Below are positions 45,038-53,345 of a stretch of 64,000 nt of DNA, one piece after another; position 1 is the first letter of the stretch; each line of letters opens with the position of its first letter. The notes below the pieces were generated by a model. The model searched no databases. It was not told where the DNA came from and was given only the letters and a program-made list of their open reading frames with translations. This DNA is from a virus. Its lineage: Duplodnaviria > Caudoviricetes. The DNA is taken from IMG/VR virus record IMGVR_UViG_2855933439_000001, positions 6,098 through 70,097 of that record; one strand, 5' to 3'. The position numbers were made by a program, and so were the translations under genes.

Positions 45038-47593
45038 ATGACGATCCGGATCGGCCGCGCGAGCGGCGGCGGCGGCTTCACGGTCACGCGCGATGCGACC
45101 TCGGGCCAGTACAGCGCGACCGGGCTCAAGGCCGGATCCGCGGCCGCCCTGTTCGACATCACGGCTGGCGGCGCGGCCGTCGAGACCGTCACGGTGAGCG
45201 GCGGCGGCGTTGCGACCTTCACCACCTCCCCCACCAGCGGCCACACCTACGTGGTGGACGGGGTGCAGCGGATCCCGGCCGGCGTGGCCGGCGGCGTGTC
45301 GGCGCCGGCGCCTTTCAGCTTCGGCCCGTGGATCGGCGTCAACGCGTCGGGCTTGGAGAACGGCAACCGATACGAGGCCAGCCTGGGCCTTAACAATGTC
45401 GAGGGTACGCATTTCTTCGTCCCCACGATGAATGCCATCAATCAGTGCAACAACGCTGGCGTGAAGCATTACCGGGTGCCGTTCCTGCTCGAGCGGCTCT
45501 ATCGCTCGCTCGGGGCCACCAGCCTCGACGCGGGTTACTACGCCAACCTCGTCACCACGGCCGACCGCATCCACTCGGTGGGCGGGAAAATCTCGTGGGA
45601 CTGCCACGCTTACGGCGAGGGCTGGTTCAACGGCGTCAAATACAACATCTCCTCGACGGGGGCCTACAACAAGACGCATCTGCTCGCGCTCTGGCGCATG
45701 TTCCTTCAAGGCCCGCTCGGCACGCATCCGGCGACGGAGGCGATCGACCTCAATAACGAGTGGCAGGCGCTCGCCAACCCGGCGGATCTGCCCGTCATTC
45801 AGCAGTACATCATCGATCAGCTTCGCGCGGACGGCAGCGAAATCCCGATCATTTACGAAGGTGATCAGTACAGCAACGGCGAGCACTTCTGGACGATCAA
45901 TTCCGTGGGCTTCCCCATGGTCGATCTGAAGAACAAGGCGCGTCCTTCGGGCCATATCTATATGGATCCCGACAGCGACGGCAACGTCACCTCGCACCCC
46001 ACCTGGGCGTCGTGCAAGGCCGGCGGCAGCACGGATGACACCCCGCTCAACCGCATCAAGAGCTTCGTCGATAACGCCCCGGCTGGCCTACAGCTCAACA
46101 TGGGCGAGACCACCATCTATTCGGATGGTCTGGAAGCGTTTTACAGGGCGCTCAAGTATCTCATCGATCACGGTCACTCGGGTTATATCTGGAACATCGG
46201 CGAGCAGTCCGGCCCCATCGAGTCCAACCTGTTCTCCTACAACGGCGTCGAGCGGCCTCAGTGGGAGGTGATCCGCGAATTCACCGGCGTTCCGCTCCGC
46301 ACGCTCACTCTGCGCGCGCCTCACGGTGCGGATGCCGGCGCCGCGGCCACCCTCAAGATCCGGGCCTCGGGCTACACCGCGACCGCGTTCCCCGTCACGC
46401 TGAGCGACGGCGGCGCCGGCGGCACGTTCTCGGTCAACCCGGTCACCGTGCCGGTCGGCTTCGGCAGCGAAGTGACCGTGACCTACACGCAGCCGGGCAC
46501 CAAGGTCGTCAACCTGTCGCTGACCAACGCGGTCGGGCGCACGAACCCGGCGGCGTTCGCCTTCAGCACGGATCCCGCCAACCGCATCAACCTCCTCACG
46601 TCGGCGCCGACGACGTGGACGGATGTCAACCACGCCACCTTCGACGGGGCGACCGGGACGCTCACCGAGGACGGCAACAACGACTACCACTACCAGCGCC
46701 TGCCGGTCGTGTCGGTCGCCTCGGGCGCCGTCGAGTTGTGGATCGACTTCGCGAACACAAGCACCCGCAGGACGGGCGTCCTCGTGTTCGGCGATACGTT
46801 CGGGTTCTCGCGTTTCGGCCAGATCAATTTCGACCTGGACGCAGGCACGATCACCGCGACCAGCGGGGCCGGGCTCATCTCGTCTTCTATCGCCCCGATT
46901 GCGGGCGGTCAGAGACTCAAGATGTTCCTCGACCCGGGCCCCCTCACGGAGGTCTCTCTGGAAGTCTACTTGCAGAGCGGGAACTCCTATCAAGGCTCCG
47001 GGCAGTTCCTGCGTTACGATCCGAGCAGCGTGAAGATCTACCAGCCGGCCTCGATCGGCACGCCAGGGGTGACCTTCCCCGATCCCGCCGCGGTGTCCTC
47101 ATCGATCGGGGGCACGCACAGCACGACCTACGGCTTCGAAAACCTCACGGACGTGACCGACGCCGACGGCGGGTCGTTCGCCAAGCGGTTCCCGCTCTCG
47201 GCGGATCAGAACTTCCACGGCGGCGCTTCCTCCGCGACGTTCGTGGTCAACCAGAAATACACTCACGAGATGTCGGTGCACAGCGTGAGCAACACCGGCT
47301 TTCTGATCTTGGACAGCTACGACGGCTCGGTTGACCACAGCGTGATATACGATCTCGCCAATCACACAATCGTCGCCTCGGCTGGCATTGTCACTGGCAC
47401 CCCGAAGGTCACGGCTCGCGACCACGGGTTCTACAAGGTCGAGTTCGATTTCATTGCCGCGGGAAGCGGAGGCACTGGCTACGAACGCCAGTGGTACGTG
47501 GAGCCGGTGCAGCGGGCGGCGTCCGACTGGCAGGGCCCGTCCCAAAGCATCGTCCTCGACTGCTACCAGGCGCAGATCAAGCCCGCGACGTAA
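45038..47593 (+). CDS. GH5 glycoside hydrolase (endoglucanase-like) with C-terminal Ig-like and tandem CBM-like domains (851 aa)
   Basis: ATG 45038; GVNASGLE, HYRVPFLLERL, DCHAY, NNE (acid/base, 45758-60), GHIYMDPD, MGET (nucleophile, 46106-08), YIWN. Confidence 0.85.
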   Translation: MTIRIGRASGGGGFTVTRDATSGQYSATGLKAGSAAALFDITAGGAAVETVTVSGGGVATFTTSPTSGHTYVVDGVQRIPAGVAGGVSAPAPFSFGPWIGVNASGLENGNRYEASLGLNNVEGTHFFVPTMNAINQCNNAGVKHYRVPFLLERLYRSLGATSLDAGYYANLVTTADRIHSVGGKISWDCHAYGEGWFNGVKYNISSTGAYNKTHLLALWRMFLQGPLGTHPATEAIDLNNEWQALANPADLPVIQQYIIDQLRADGSEIPIIYEGDQYSNGEHFWTINSVGFPMVDLKNKARPSGHIYMDPDSDGNVTSHPTWASCKAGGSTDDTPLNRIKSFVDNAPAGLQLNMGETTIYSDGLEAFYRALKYLIDHGHSGYIWNIGEQSGPIESNLFSYNGVERPQWEVIREFTGVPLRTLTLRAPHGADAGAAATLKIRASGYTATAFPVTLSDGGAGGTFSVNPVTVPVGFGSEVTVTYTQPGTKVVNLSLTNAVGRTNPAAFAFSTDPANRINLLTSAPTTWTDVNHATFDGATGTLTEDGNNDYHYQRLPVVSVASGAVELWIDFANTSTRRTGVLVFGDTFGFSRFGQINFDLDAGTITATSGAGLISSSIAPIAGGQRLKMFLDPGPLTEVSLEVYLQSGNSYQGSGQFLRYDPSSVKIYQPASIGTPGVTFPDPAAVSSSIGGTHSTTYGFENLTDVTDADGGSFAKRFPLSADQNFHGGASSATFVVNQKYTHEMSVHSVSNTGFLILDSYDGSVDHSVIYDLANHTIVASAGIVTGTPKVTARDHGFYKVEFDFIAAGSGGTGYERQWYVEPVQRAASDWQGPSQSIVLDCYQAQIKPAT

Positions 47594-47652
47594 GCCGCAG
47601 CACTCGGCGCCCCTGGCCGGCCCATCCACGGGGCGCCCTCCCTCGACCCCGC

Positions 47653-47678
47653 AAGCCGCCCCTCCGGGCGGCTTTTTT
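47653..47678 (+). terminator. Intrinsic terminator (copy 2 of duplicated element)
   Basis: AAGCCGCCC-CTCC-GGGCGGCTT-TTTT. Confidence 0.8.
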
Positions 47679-47697
47679 GTTGCCCGGAGATCTCCGC

Positions 47698-47913
47698 ATG
47701 ACCCCGCAGCTCCTGCTCGTCGCCCTCGTCTGCGCCGTCGGCACCCCGCGCGTCGACTGCATGCGCGCGACCGCCCTCGACGTGATCGTGCAGCCGGCCG
47801 CGTCCGCGATCCCGACCGCGTGCCTCCTCGAGGGCGAGGCGCGCCTCGCGTCCGGCGCGCTCGAGCTCGCGCCCGGCACCTACCCGCTTTTTCGCTGCGA
47901 GCGCCGCCGCTGA
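47698..47913 (+). CDS. Small exported or membrane-anchored Cys-containing protein (71 aa)
   Basis: Hydrophobic N-terminus LLLVALVC; four Cys. Confidence 0.6.
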   Translation: MTPQLLLVALVCAVGTPRVDCMRATALDVIVQPAASAIPTACLLEGEARLASGALELAPGTYPLFRCERRR

Positions 47914-47932
47914 TCGCTCGCCCTGTCCCGGA

Positions 47933-48673
47933 GTGCTGACCATGATGAATCCCCCCGAGGCGGCCGCGCTCGCGCGCCTCACTGCCGCCGGCTTCAAGGG
48001 CCGGGCCGCCCGCCTCTCCGACCTCGACCTGCCGCGCCTCGGCGCGACGATCGGCGTCGGCGAGGACGAGATCCATAGCGTGATCGAGGTCGAGACCTCC
48101 GGCGGCGGTTTCGATAAGGCGGGCCGGCCCAAGGCGCTCTATGAGCCGCACCGCGCCTTCGCGCTCTCGAGCGGGCCCACGCGCGCGGCGCTGGTGCGTG
48201 CCGGCCTCGCCTATGCGAGTTGGGGCGCAGAGCCTTACCCGGACGACAGCTATCCCCGGATCCTGGCCGCCCTGGCGATCGACGCGCGCGTCGCGCTCGA
48301 GGCGACGAGCTGGGGCCTCGGGCAGATCATGGGGAGCAATCACGCCGAGGCCGGCTACGCGAGCGCCGCCGAAATGGTGGCGGCCTTCCTCGACGGCGAG
48401 GAGCCGCACCTCGCCGCCATGGTGAGTTTCATCAAGGCGACCCATCTCGACGACGAATTGCGCGCCCACAACTGGGCTGCATTTGCCCGCGGCTACAATG
48501 GCGCGCAGTATTCCAAGAATAAATACGACGTGAAGCTGAAGGCGGCTTTTGCCAAGTGGCAGAAGATCCCCGACACGCCGTATCCGCCCGCGCCGGCCGC
48601 GCCGTCGGCCGCCCCGGCCGTGGCCGCGGTCCCGGGCCGCTGCCCGACCTGCGGCAAGGCGCTCGCCGCCTGA
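47933..48673 (+). CDS. Endolysin, N-acetylmuramidase (DUF3380 family)
   Basis: VIEVETSGGGF, LYEPH, SWGLGQIMGSN, FARGYNG, YDVKL. Confidence 0.92.
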   Translation: MLTMMNPPEAAALARLTAAGFKGRAARLSDLDLPRLGATIGVGEDEIHSVIEVETSGGGFDKAGRPKALYEPHRAFALSSGPTRAALVRAGLAYASWGAEPYPDDSYPRILAALAIDARVALEATSWGLGQIMGSNHAEAGYASAAEMVAAFLDGEEPHLAAMVSFIKATHLDDELRAHNWAAFARGYNGAQYSKNKYDVKLKAAFAKWQKIPDTPYPPAPAAPSAAPAVAAVPGRCPTCGKALAA

Positions 48674-48731
48674 CGGCGCTGCACCTCCGCACCTCCCCGC
48701 CTCTCCACCTCAACGCCTCTCGAGGTCTGAT

Positions 48732-49304
48732 ATGCGCAAGCTCCTGCTCGCGGTCGCCGCCGTCGCGGTCGCCGCCGTCTCGCTCGTCCTGCCGTTCGCC
48801 GCCTTCGCGGCCGTTATCTCGCCGGCCGACATCTCGACCGACCTCTGCTGCACGTCCGTGGCGGCCCTGGCCGCCCCGACGGCCGTCGCCCTGCCGTGGG
48901 GCGACTGGATCGCGCTCGCAGGCCGCGAGCTCCTGCCGGCGGTCTCGACCGTCCTCGTCGCCGTCGTGACCTGGGCGGTGCACCGCTACGTGCCCCTCCT
49001 CGGCGCCTTCGTCTCTCAGGCCCTCGTCGAGCGCCTGGTCGGCAACGCCCTGGCTTACGCCCTCAACGACCTCGAGGGCGCCGCCAAGGGCAAGGTGCTG
49101 AGCGTGCCGCTCGGCTCGGCCGTGGTCGCCAGCGCCGCCCAGCGCGCCGTCGACGCCGGCCTGCCGTGGCTGGTCAAGCAGGCCGGCGGCCCGGCCGGCA
49201 TCGCCGAGAAAGCGTTCCGGAGCCTGCACCTCGAGGAGAACGCGACGGCGGCCGCCGTGCTCGGCCCGGCGCTCGCGCAGCTCAAGGCCGGCGCCAACGC
49301 CTGA
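48732..49304 (+). CDS. Membrane protein in the lysis cassette (holin or accessory candidate)
   Basis: ATG 48732; signal-like N-terminus and a further hydrophobic segment. Confidence 0.55.
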   Translation: MRKLLLAVAAVAVAAVSLVLPFAAFAAVISPADISTDLCCTSVAALAAPTAVALPWGDWIALAGRELLPAVSTVLVAVVTWAVHRYVPLLGAFVSQALVERLVGNALAYALNDLEGAAKGKVLSVPLGSAVVASAAQRAVDAGLPWLVKQAGGPAGIAEKAFRSLHLEENATAAAVLGPALAQLKAGANA

Positions 49305-49356
49305 CCCCGACCGGGCCGCCAGCCGGTGGCCCGGCCCTCCCGCCGCAGGTGATGAC

Positions 49357-49722
49357 ATGGGCGACGCCCTCCCTGTTCAGCTGCCCGCGCCGGCCTCGCC
49401 CGACCCGGTGCAACTCGCCGCAATCGCCATGGCGGCGCAGCGGATCGTCGCCGAGGAGATGGGCAAGACCGCCGGCCCGTTCGTCACGCGATCCGAGGCC
49501 GAGGCGATCGCCCGCAAGGTGGTGATCGCGGCGTTTCACGAATTCGACGTCGACCTCGACCGCCCCGAGAGCGTACGGGCGTTCAACGCGACCCTGCAGC
49601 ACGCCGAGCGCTCCCGTACTTGGTGGGATCGTGCGGCCAACACGATCTGGTCGGGCATCTGGACGGCGATCGCCGCCGGCATGGTGGCGGCCTTCGTCAA
49701 ATTCGCCGGGGTCAGCAAATGA
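49357..49722 (+). CDS. Protein with C-terminal TM helix (holin candidate)
   Basis: TIWSGIWTAIAAGMVAAFVKF. Confidence 0.55.
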   Translation: MGDALPVQLPAPASPDPVQLAAIAMAAQRIVAEEMGKTAGPFVTRSEAEAIARKVVIAAFHEFDVDLDRPESVRAFNATLQHAERSRTWWDRAANTIWSGIWTAIAAGMVAAFVKFAGVSK

Positions 49723-50198
49723 CCCCGGCGCTCTGGCTCCTGCGCGCCGGGGTCCTGGCGGCCCTGGCGGCGCTCGTCTGGCAGCTCGCACTCTGGTGCG
49801 GGCCCGACCTCGAGCTGCGGCTCGCTCCCGTGCTCGCCGACCAGGCGATCACCGACGTGTTGCGCGACGAGGAGACCCGCGAGGCGTGCTTCGTCTGGCG
49901 GTTTTCCAAGCTGCGCGCCGCCCGCACCCTCGACGCTAACTGGACCCTGCGCGCCGAGGGGCGGATCTATCCCTACCAGGCCGTGCGCCAGGACCTCGAC
50001 AGTCTCGGCGACCGCTCGCCCGGCGCGCTCATCGACCGCCCGCCCGGGCCCGGCCAGTGGACGCGCAAGTGCATCGACACCCCGCCGGCCCTCGTCGGCC
50101 GGCCCTTCGTCATCACCGGCTTCGTCGAATACGCCACCGCCGCAACCGGCGCCTGGTGGAGCCTCCGGCAGCCGACCGCAAGCGCGCGGGTGCCCTGA
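49719..50198 (+). CDS. N-terminally anchored membrane protein (159 aa)
   Basis: ATGA overlap; LWLLRAGVLAALAALVWQLALW. Confidence 0.55.
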   Translation: MTPALWLLRAGVLAALAALVWQLALWCGPDLELRLAPVLADQAITDVLRDEETREACFVWRFSKLRAARTLDANWTLRAEGRIYPYQAVRQDLDSLGDRSPGALIDRPPGPGQWTRKCIDTPPALVGRPFVITGFVEYATAATGAWWSLRQPTASARVP

Positions 50199-50422
50199 TG
50201 ACCGCGATCGACCGCGCCGCCGAGGCGCTCCTCTCCGCCGCCCTCGAGGCGGCCGCCGGCGACGTCATGGTCGCCCTCGCCCAGCTCTGCGCGCCGCTCT
50301 CGGTCGGCGATGTCGAGGGCGAGACCTATCAGGCGGCCCTCGAGCGCATGATCTCCCGCCATTTCCGGTCGACCCGCCTCGCGATCTGCGGGGTCGGGAG
50401 TCCGCGCGACGAGGGGGCCTGA
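50198..50422 (+). CDS. Hypothetical protein (74 aa)
   Basis: TGATG overlaps at both ends. Confidence 0.55.
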   Translation: MTAIDRAAEALLSAALEAAAGDVMVALAQLCAPLSVGDVEGETYQAALERMISRHFRSTRLAICGVGSPRDEGA

Positions 50423-51762
50423 TGCCTCTCAAGACCACCCCCGACCAGGCCGCGCGCGAGATCGCCGCGATCGAGGCGGCCCTGCGCGCCGGCCACCCCG
50501 GCCAGCGCCTGCCGGGCGGGCCCCGCAAGGGCGCGCACGTCGCCGCCGCTGAGGTCCTCGGCGTCGACGCTTCGAGCCTGCGCGCCCGCGTCGGCTGGCC
50601 CGGCCAAACCGGCCGCCACGCCCGCGACCATGGCTTGTCCGTCGACTGGTCGCTCGACCACGTCACGCACGCGGCCGCCGCGCGCGGCGAGCTCGGCACG
50701 GATCCGGTGCTGCCGGGCTACGCAATCAAGCGCGTCTCAACGCAGCGCGACGGGGAGGGCGCCACCGAGCGCGAATGGGTGACGCAGGCCAAGGCGCCCG
50801 GCAAGGCCGCGCCCCTCCCGCCGGGCCACGTGGTCAAGGGGGTGAGCCGGCTCCTCGACGGCGAGGGCCGCACGCTCGCCGAGTGGGTCAAGACGCGCGA
50901 GGGCATGAGCCCGGCCGACATGGTCGCGGCGATCCGGGAGGCCTTCACGGGGTTTTCCGAGCGCGCCGAGCCCGCACCGGGCCCGGCCGCCGTCGAGGCC
51001 GATCTCGCCAACGTCCTGGTATGTCCTGACTTTCACCTCGGTTTGCTGACCTGGAAGGACGAGGTTGGCGCGAACTGGGATCTCAAGATCGCGCAGACCA
51101 CGATCGACGCCGCCGTCGCGCGCCTCGTCGACGCCGTCCCGGCCGCCGGCCAAGCGGTGGTGCTGGGCCTCGGCGACCTCCTGCACTCGGACGGCTACGA
51201 TCCGCTGACGGCGCGCTCGAAGAACGTGCTCGACGTCGACGGGCGCTATCCGAAGATCCTCAAGGCGGCGACGCGCCTGATGATCGGGATCGTCTCGCGG
51301 GCGCTCGCCCGTCATGAGCGCGTGCTCGTGCGCATCCTGCCGGGCAACCACGACGCGGAGTCGGCGATCGCGGTCTCGCTCGCCCTCGCCCTGTACTACG
51401 AGGGCGACCCGCGCGTGACCGTCGACGACGACCCGGGTTATTTCTGGTGGTGGTCGCATGGCGCGACGCTGCTCGGCGCCACCCACGGCGACGCCGCCAA
51501 GATGGCGGATCTGCCGCTGATCATGGCGACCCGCAACCCCGAGGCCTGGGGCCGCTCGAAGTACCGGCAGATCTTTACTGGCCACGTCCATACGAAGACG
51601 GCCGTCGAGGTCTCGGGCGTGACTGTCGAGAGCTTCCAGACCCCAATCCCCGCCGATGCCTGGCATCACAAGCAGGGTTACGGGGCGACGCGGTCGCTCA
51701 CCGCGATCACCCTCGACAAGGCCCGTGGCGAGGTCGCCCGGACCAAGGTTAACGTGCTGTAG
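50422..51762 (+). CDS. Calcineurin-like metallophosphoesterase with N-terminal HTH-like region
   Basis: PDFHLG, LGDLLH, PGNHD, THGD, GHVH; AAAEVLGVDASSLRAR. Confidence 0.85.
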   Translation: MPLKTTPDQAAREIAAIEAALRAGHPGQRLPGGPRKGAHVAAAEVLGVDASSLRARVGWPGQTGRHARDHGLSVDWSLDHVTHAAAARGELGTDPVLPGYAIKRVSTQRDGEGATEREWVTQAKAPGKAAPLPPGHVVKGVSRLLDGEGRTLAEWVKTREGMSPADMVAAIREAFTGFSERAEPAPGPAAVEADLANVLVCPDFHLGLLTWKDEVGANWDLKIAQTTIDAAVARLVDAVPAAGQAVVLGLGDLLHSDGYDPLTARSKNVLDVDGRYPKILKAATRLMIGIVSRALARHERVLVRILPGNHDAESAIAVSLALALYYEGDPRVTVDDDPGYFWWWSHGATLLGATHGDAAKMADLPLIMATRNPEAWGRSKYRQIFTGHVHTKTAVEVSGVTVESFQTPIPADAWHHKQGYGATRSLTAITLDKARGEVARTKVNVL

Positions 51763-51771
51763 GCGACTCCG

Positions 51772-52329
51772 ATGCTCACCCTCCCTCCCGTCGTAGCACT
51801 CAGCGGCGCCGCCGGCGCCGGCAAGTCGACCGCGGCCGAGATTCTGATCGGTCGCCACGGCTACACTCGCGTAAAGATGGCCGGGCCTTTGAAGGCCATG
51901 CTGCGCGCGATCGGTCTTGGCGATGCTGAGATCGAGGGCGACCGCAAGGAAGTGCCCTGCAAACTTCTGATGGGCGCAACCCCGCGCTACGCCATGATCG
52001 AGCTCGGCTGCGCCTGGGGCCGCGAGCGCATCCACCCCGACCTCTGGACCCACCTCTGGGCACACCAGGCGTGCGCCGTGCGCGAGGCCGGCGGCCGCGT
52101 GGTCTGCGACGACTGTCGGTTTCTAAACGAGGCCGCGGCCGTGCGCGAGCTCGGGGGCATCGTGCTGCGCCTGCGCCGCCCGGCCGTCGAGGGCAAGATC
52201 ACTCACGCGAGCGAGGCGCACGCCTTCACTCCCGACCTGCATGTGTGGAACGAGGAGAACTGCCCGAGCGCACTCGCGGCGGAGCTCGAGGGCGCGCTTC
52301 GGCTCCTAGTGACGAAGAGGCCAGCGTAG
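51772..52329 (+). CDS. Phage deoxynucleoside monophosphate kinase
   Basis: GAAGAGKST, MAGPLKAM, TPRYAMIELGCAWGR, DDCRFLNE, HASE. Confidence 0.9.
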   Translation: MLTLPPVVALSGAAGAGKSTAAEILIGRHGYTRVKMAGPLKAMLRAIGLGDAEIEGDRKEVPCKLLMGATPRYAMIELGCAWGRERIHPDLWTHLWAHQACAVREAGGRVVCDDCRFLNEAAAVRELGGIVLRLRRPAVEGKITHASEAHAFTPDLHVWNEENCPSALAAELEGALRLLVTKRPA

Positions 52330-52642
52330 CACCGCCGGATACAAGACAACACAACAGTCCTTCGCTGTGCCCACAGGGGCGGGCCTCTTTTGCGTTCGAA
52401 GGGACGTGCACAGTTGGTAGTGATTAACGCCAATGGATGCGCGCAAACAGGAAGCTCAAGACCATGATCACGCAGTCGGCTTCACAATCCGGCCATGTGT
52501 GTCGTCACATGCAGGGGAGGCCCTGAGCTCTCCAAATTGGAATAAACAAGCGCCCAAGATCGGCTCACCGCCTTGCCCTCGTTCTCACGTACTGCGCCGG
52601 CCACTGGCACTGGTAAGCACACAGACTTCTGCAGTAGTTCAG

Positions 52643-52719
52643 AAAGCCCGCTATTAGCCTGCAATAAATTACAATTGCATCCTCGCCGCGGGTAAAAACC
52701 GTTGTGCTAATCGGGCTTT
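52643..52719. repeat. Nested inverted repeats upstream of vsr
   Basis: AAAGCCCG..ATTAGC / GCTAAT-CGGGCTTT enclosing TGCAAT-N8-ATTGCA (52660-52679). Confidence 0.55.
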
Positions 52720-52931
52720 TACACCGCCCGGTTTAGTCGAGTTGTTGAGTTGGGCAGCCCGGATCAAGCGACATCATTCAGCTCCCACTCCGTGAGCCGG
52801 TTGAACGCAGGAAGGTCGCCGAGCACCCGTAATCTTTCGCACAACGATTCCAGCTGCCTTCGGCGCAAAAGGATTCACGACGTGCGTATAGCTTGGTAGA
52901 GGTGCTCACGGCGAGGACGAACGGATGATCC

Positions 52932-53345
52932 ATGGACACTGTTGATAGAGAGACGCGGTCCCGGATGATGAGCAGCATCCGTGGCAAGGACACGAAGCCG
53001 GAACTTGTGGTCCGGCGGCTTGCACACAGCTTGGGCTACCGTTTCCGTCTGCACCGGCGGGATCTCGCAGGAAGTCCTGACCTTGTGTTCCCTCGTCGAC
53101 AGAAAGTAATTTTCGTCCACGGTTGCTATTGGCATCGCCACCCAGGGTGCCGATATGCGTATTCGCCAAAATCGAACACTGACTTCTGGAACGAAAAATT
53201 CGCGGCGAATGTGGCGCGCGACAAAGCAGCGGTTTCGCGACTGCAGGCTGAAGGCTGGGATTCACTGGTCATCTGGGAGTGCGAAACGGCTGATGCCGAG
53301 AAGCTGACGGCCCGACTTCAGACTCATCTTGGAGTACCACAATGA
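52932..53345 (+). CDS. vsr: Very short patch repair endonuclease
   Basis: RSRMMSSIRGKDTKPE, GSPDLVF, FVHGCYWHRH, VIWECE. Confidence 0.96.
   Translation: MDTVDRETRSRMMSSIRGKDTKPELVVRRLAHSLGYRFRLHRRDLAGSPDLVFPRRQKVIFVHGCYWHRHPGCRYAYSPKSNTDFWNEKFAANVARDKAAVSRLQAEGWDSLVIWECETADAEKLTARLQTHLGVPQ

Larger units (their letters stand above)
2316..52329. mobile_element. Temperate prophage: lambda-type head and packaging, Mu-type contractile tail; boundaries approximate
   Basis: Colinear int-xis, early, immunity, replication, packaging, head, tail and lysis modules with no obvious broken structural gene; att repeats not found. Confidence 0.95.

Noticed and set aside
39075-47593. Diversity-generating retroelement or invertible tail-fibre switch
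   Set aside because: No reverse transcriptase, no TR/VR pair, no invertase, and all fibre genes are co-oriented.
47698-50422. Rz/Rz1 spanin pair
   Set aside because: No clear lipobox or nested lipoprotein ORF; the holin could not be assigned to one gene.
2162-52588. attL/attR core CGTTCTCAC at 2162-2170 and 52580-52588
   Set aside because: Only 9 bp with non-matching flanks, so it is plausible by chance; I found no convincing att pair by eye.
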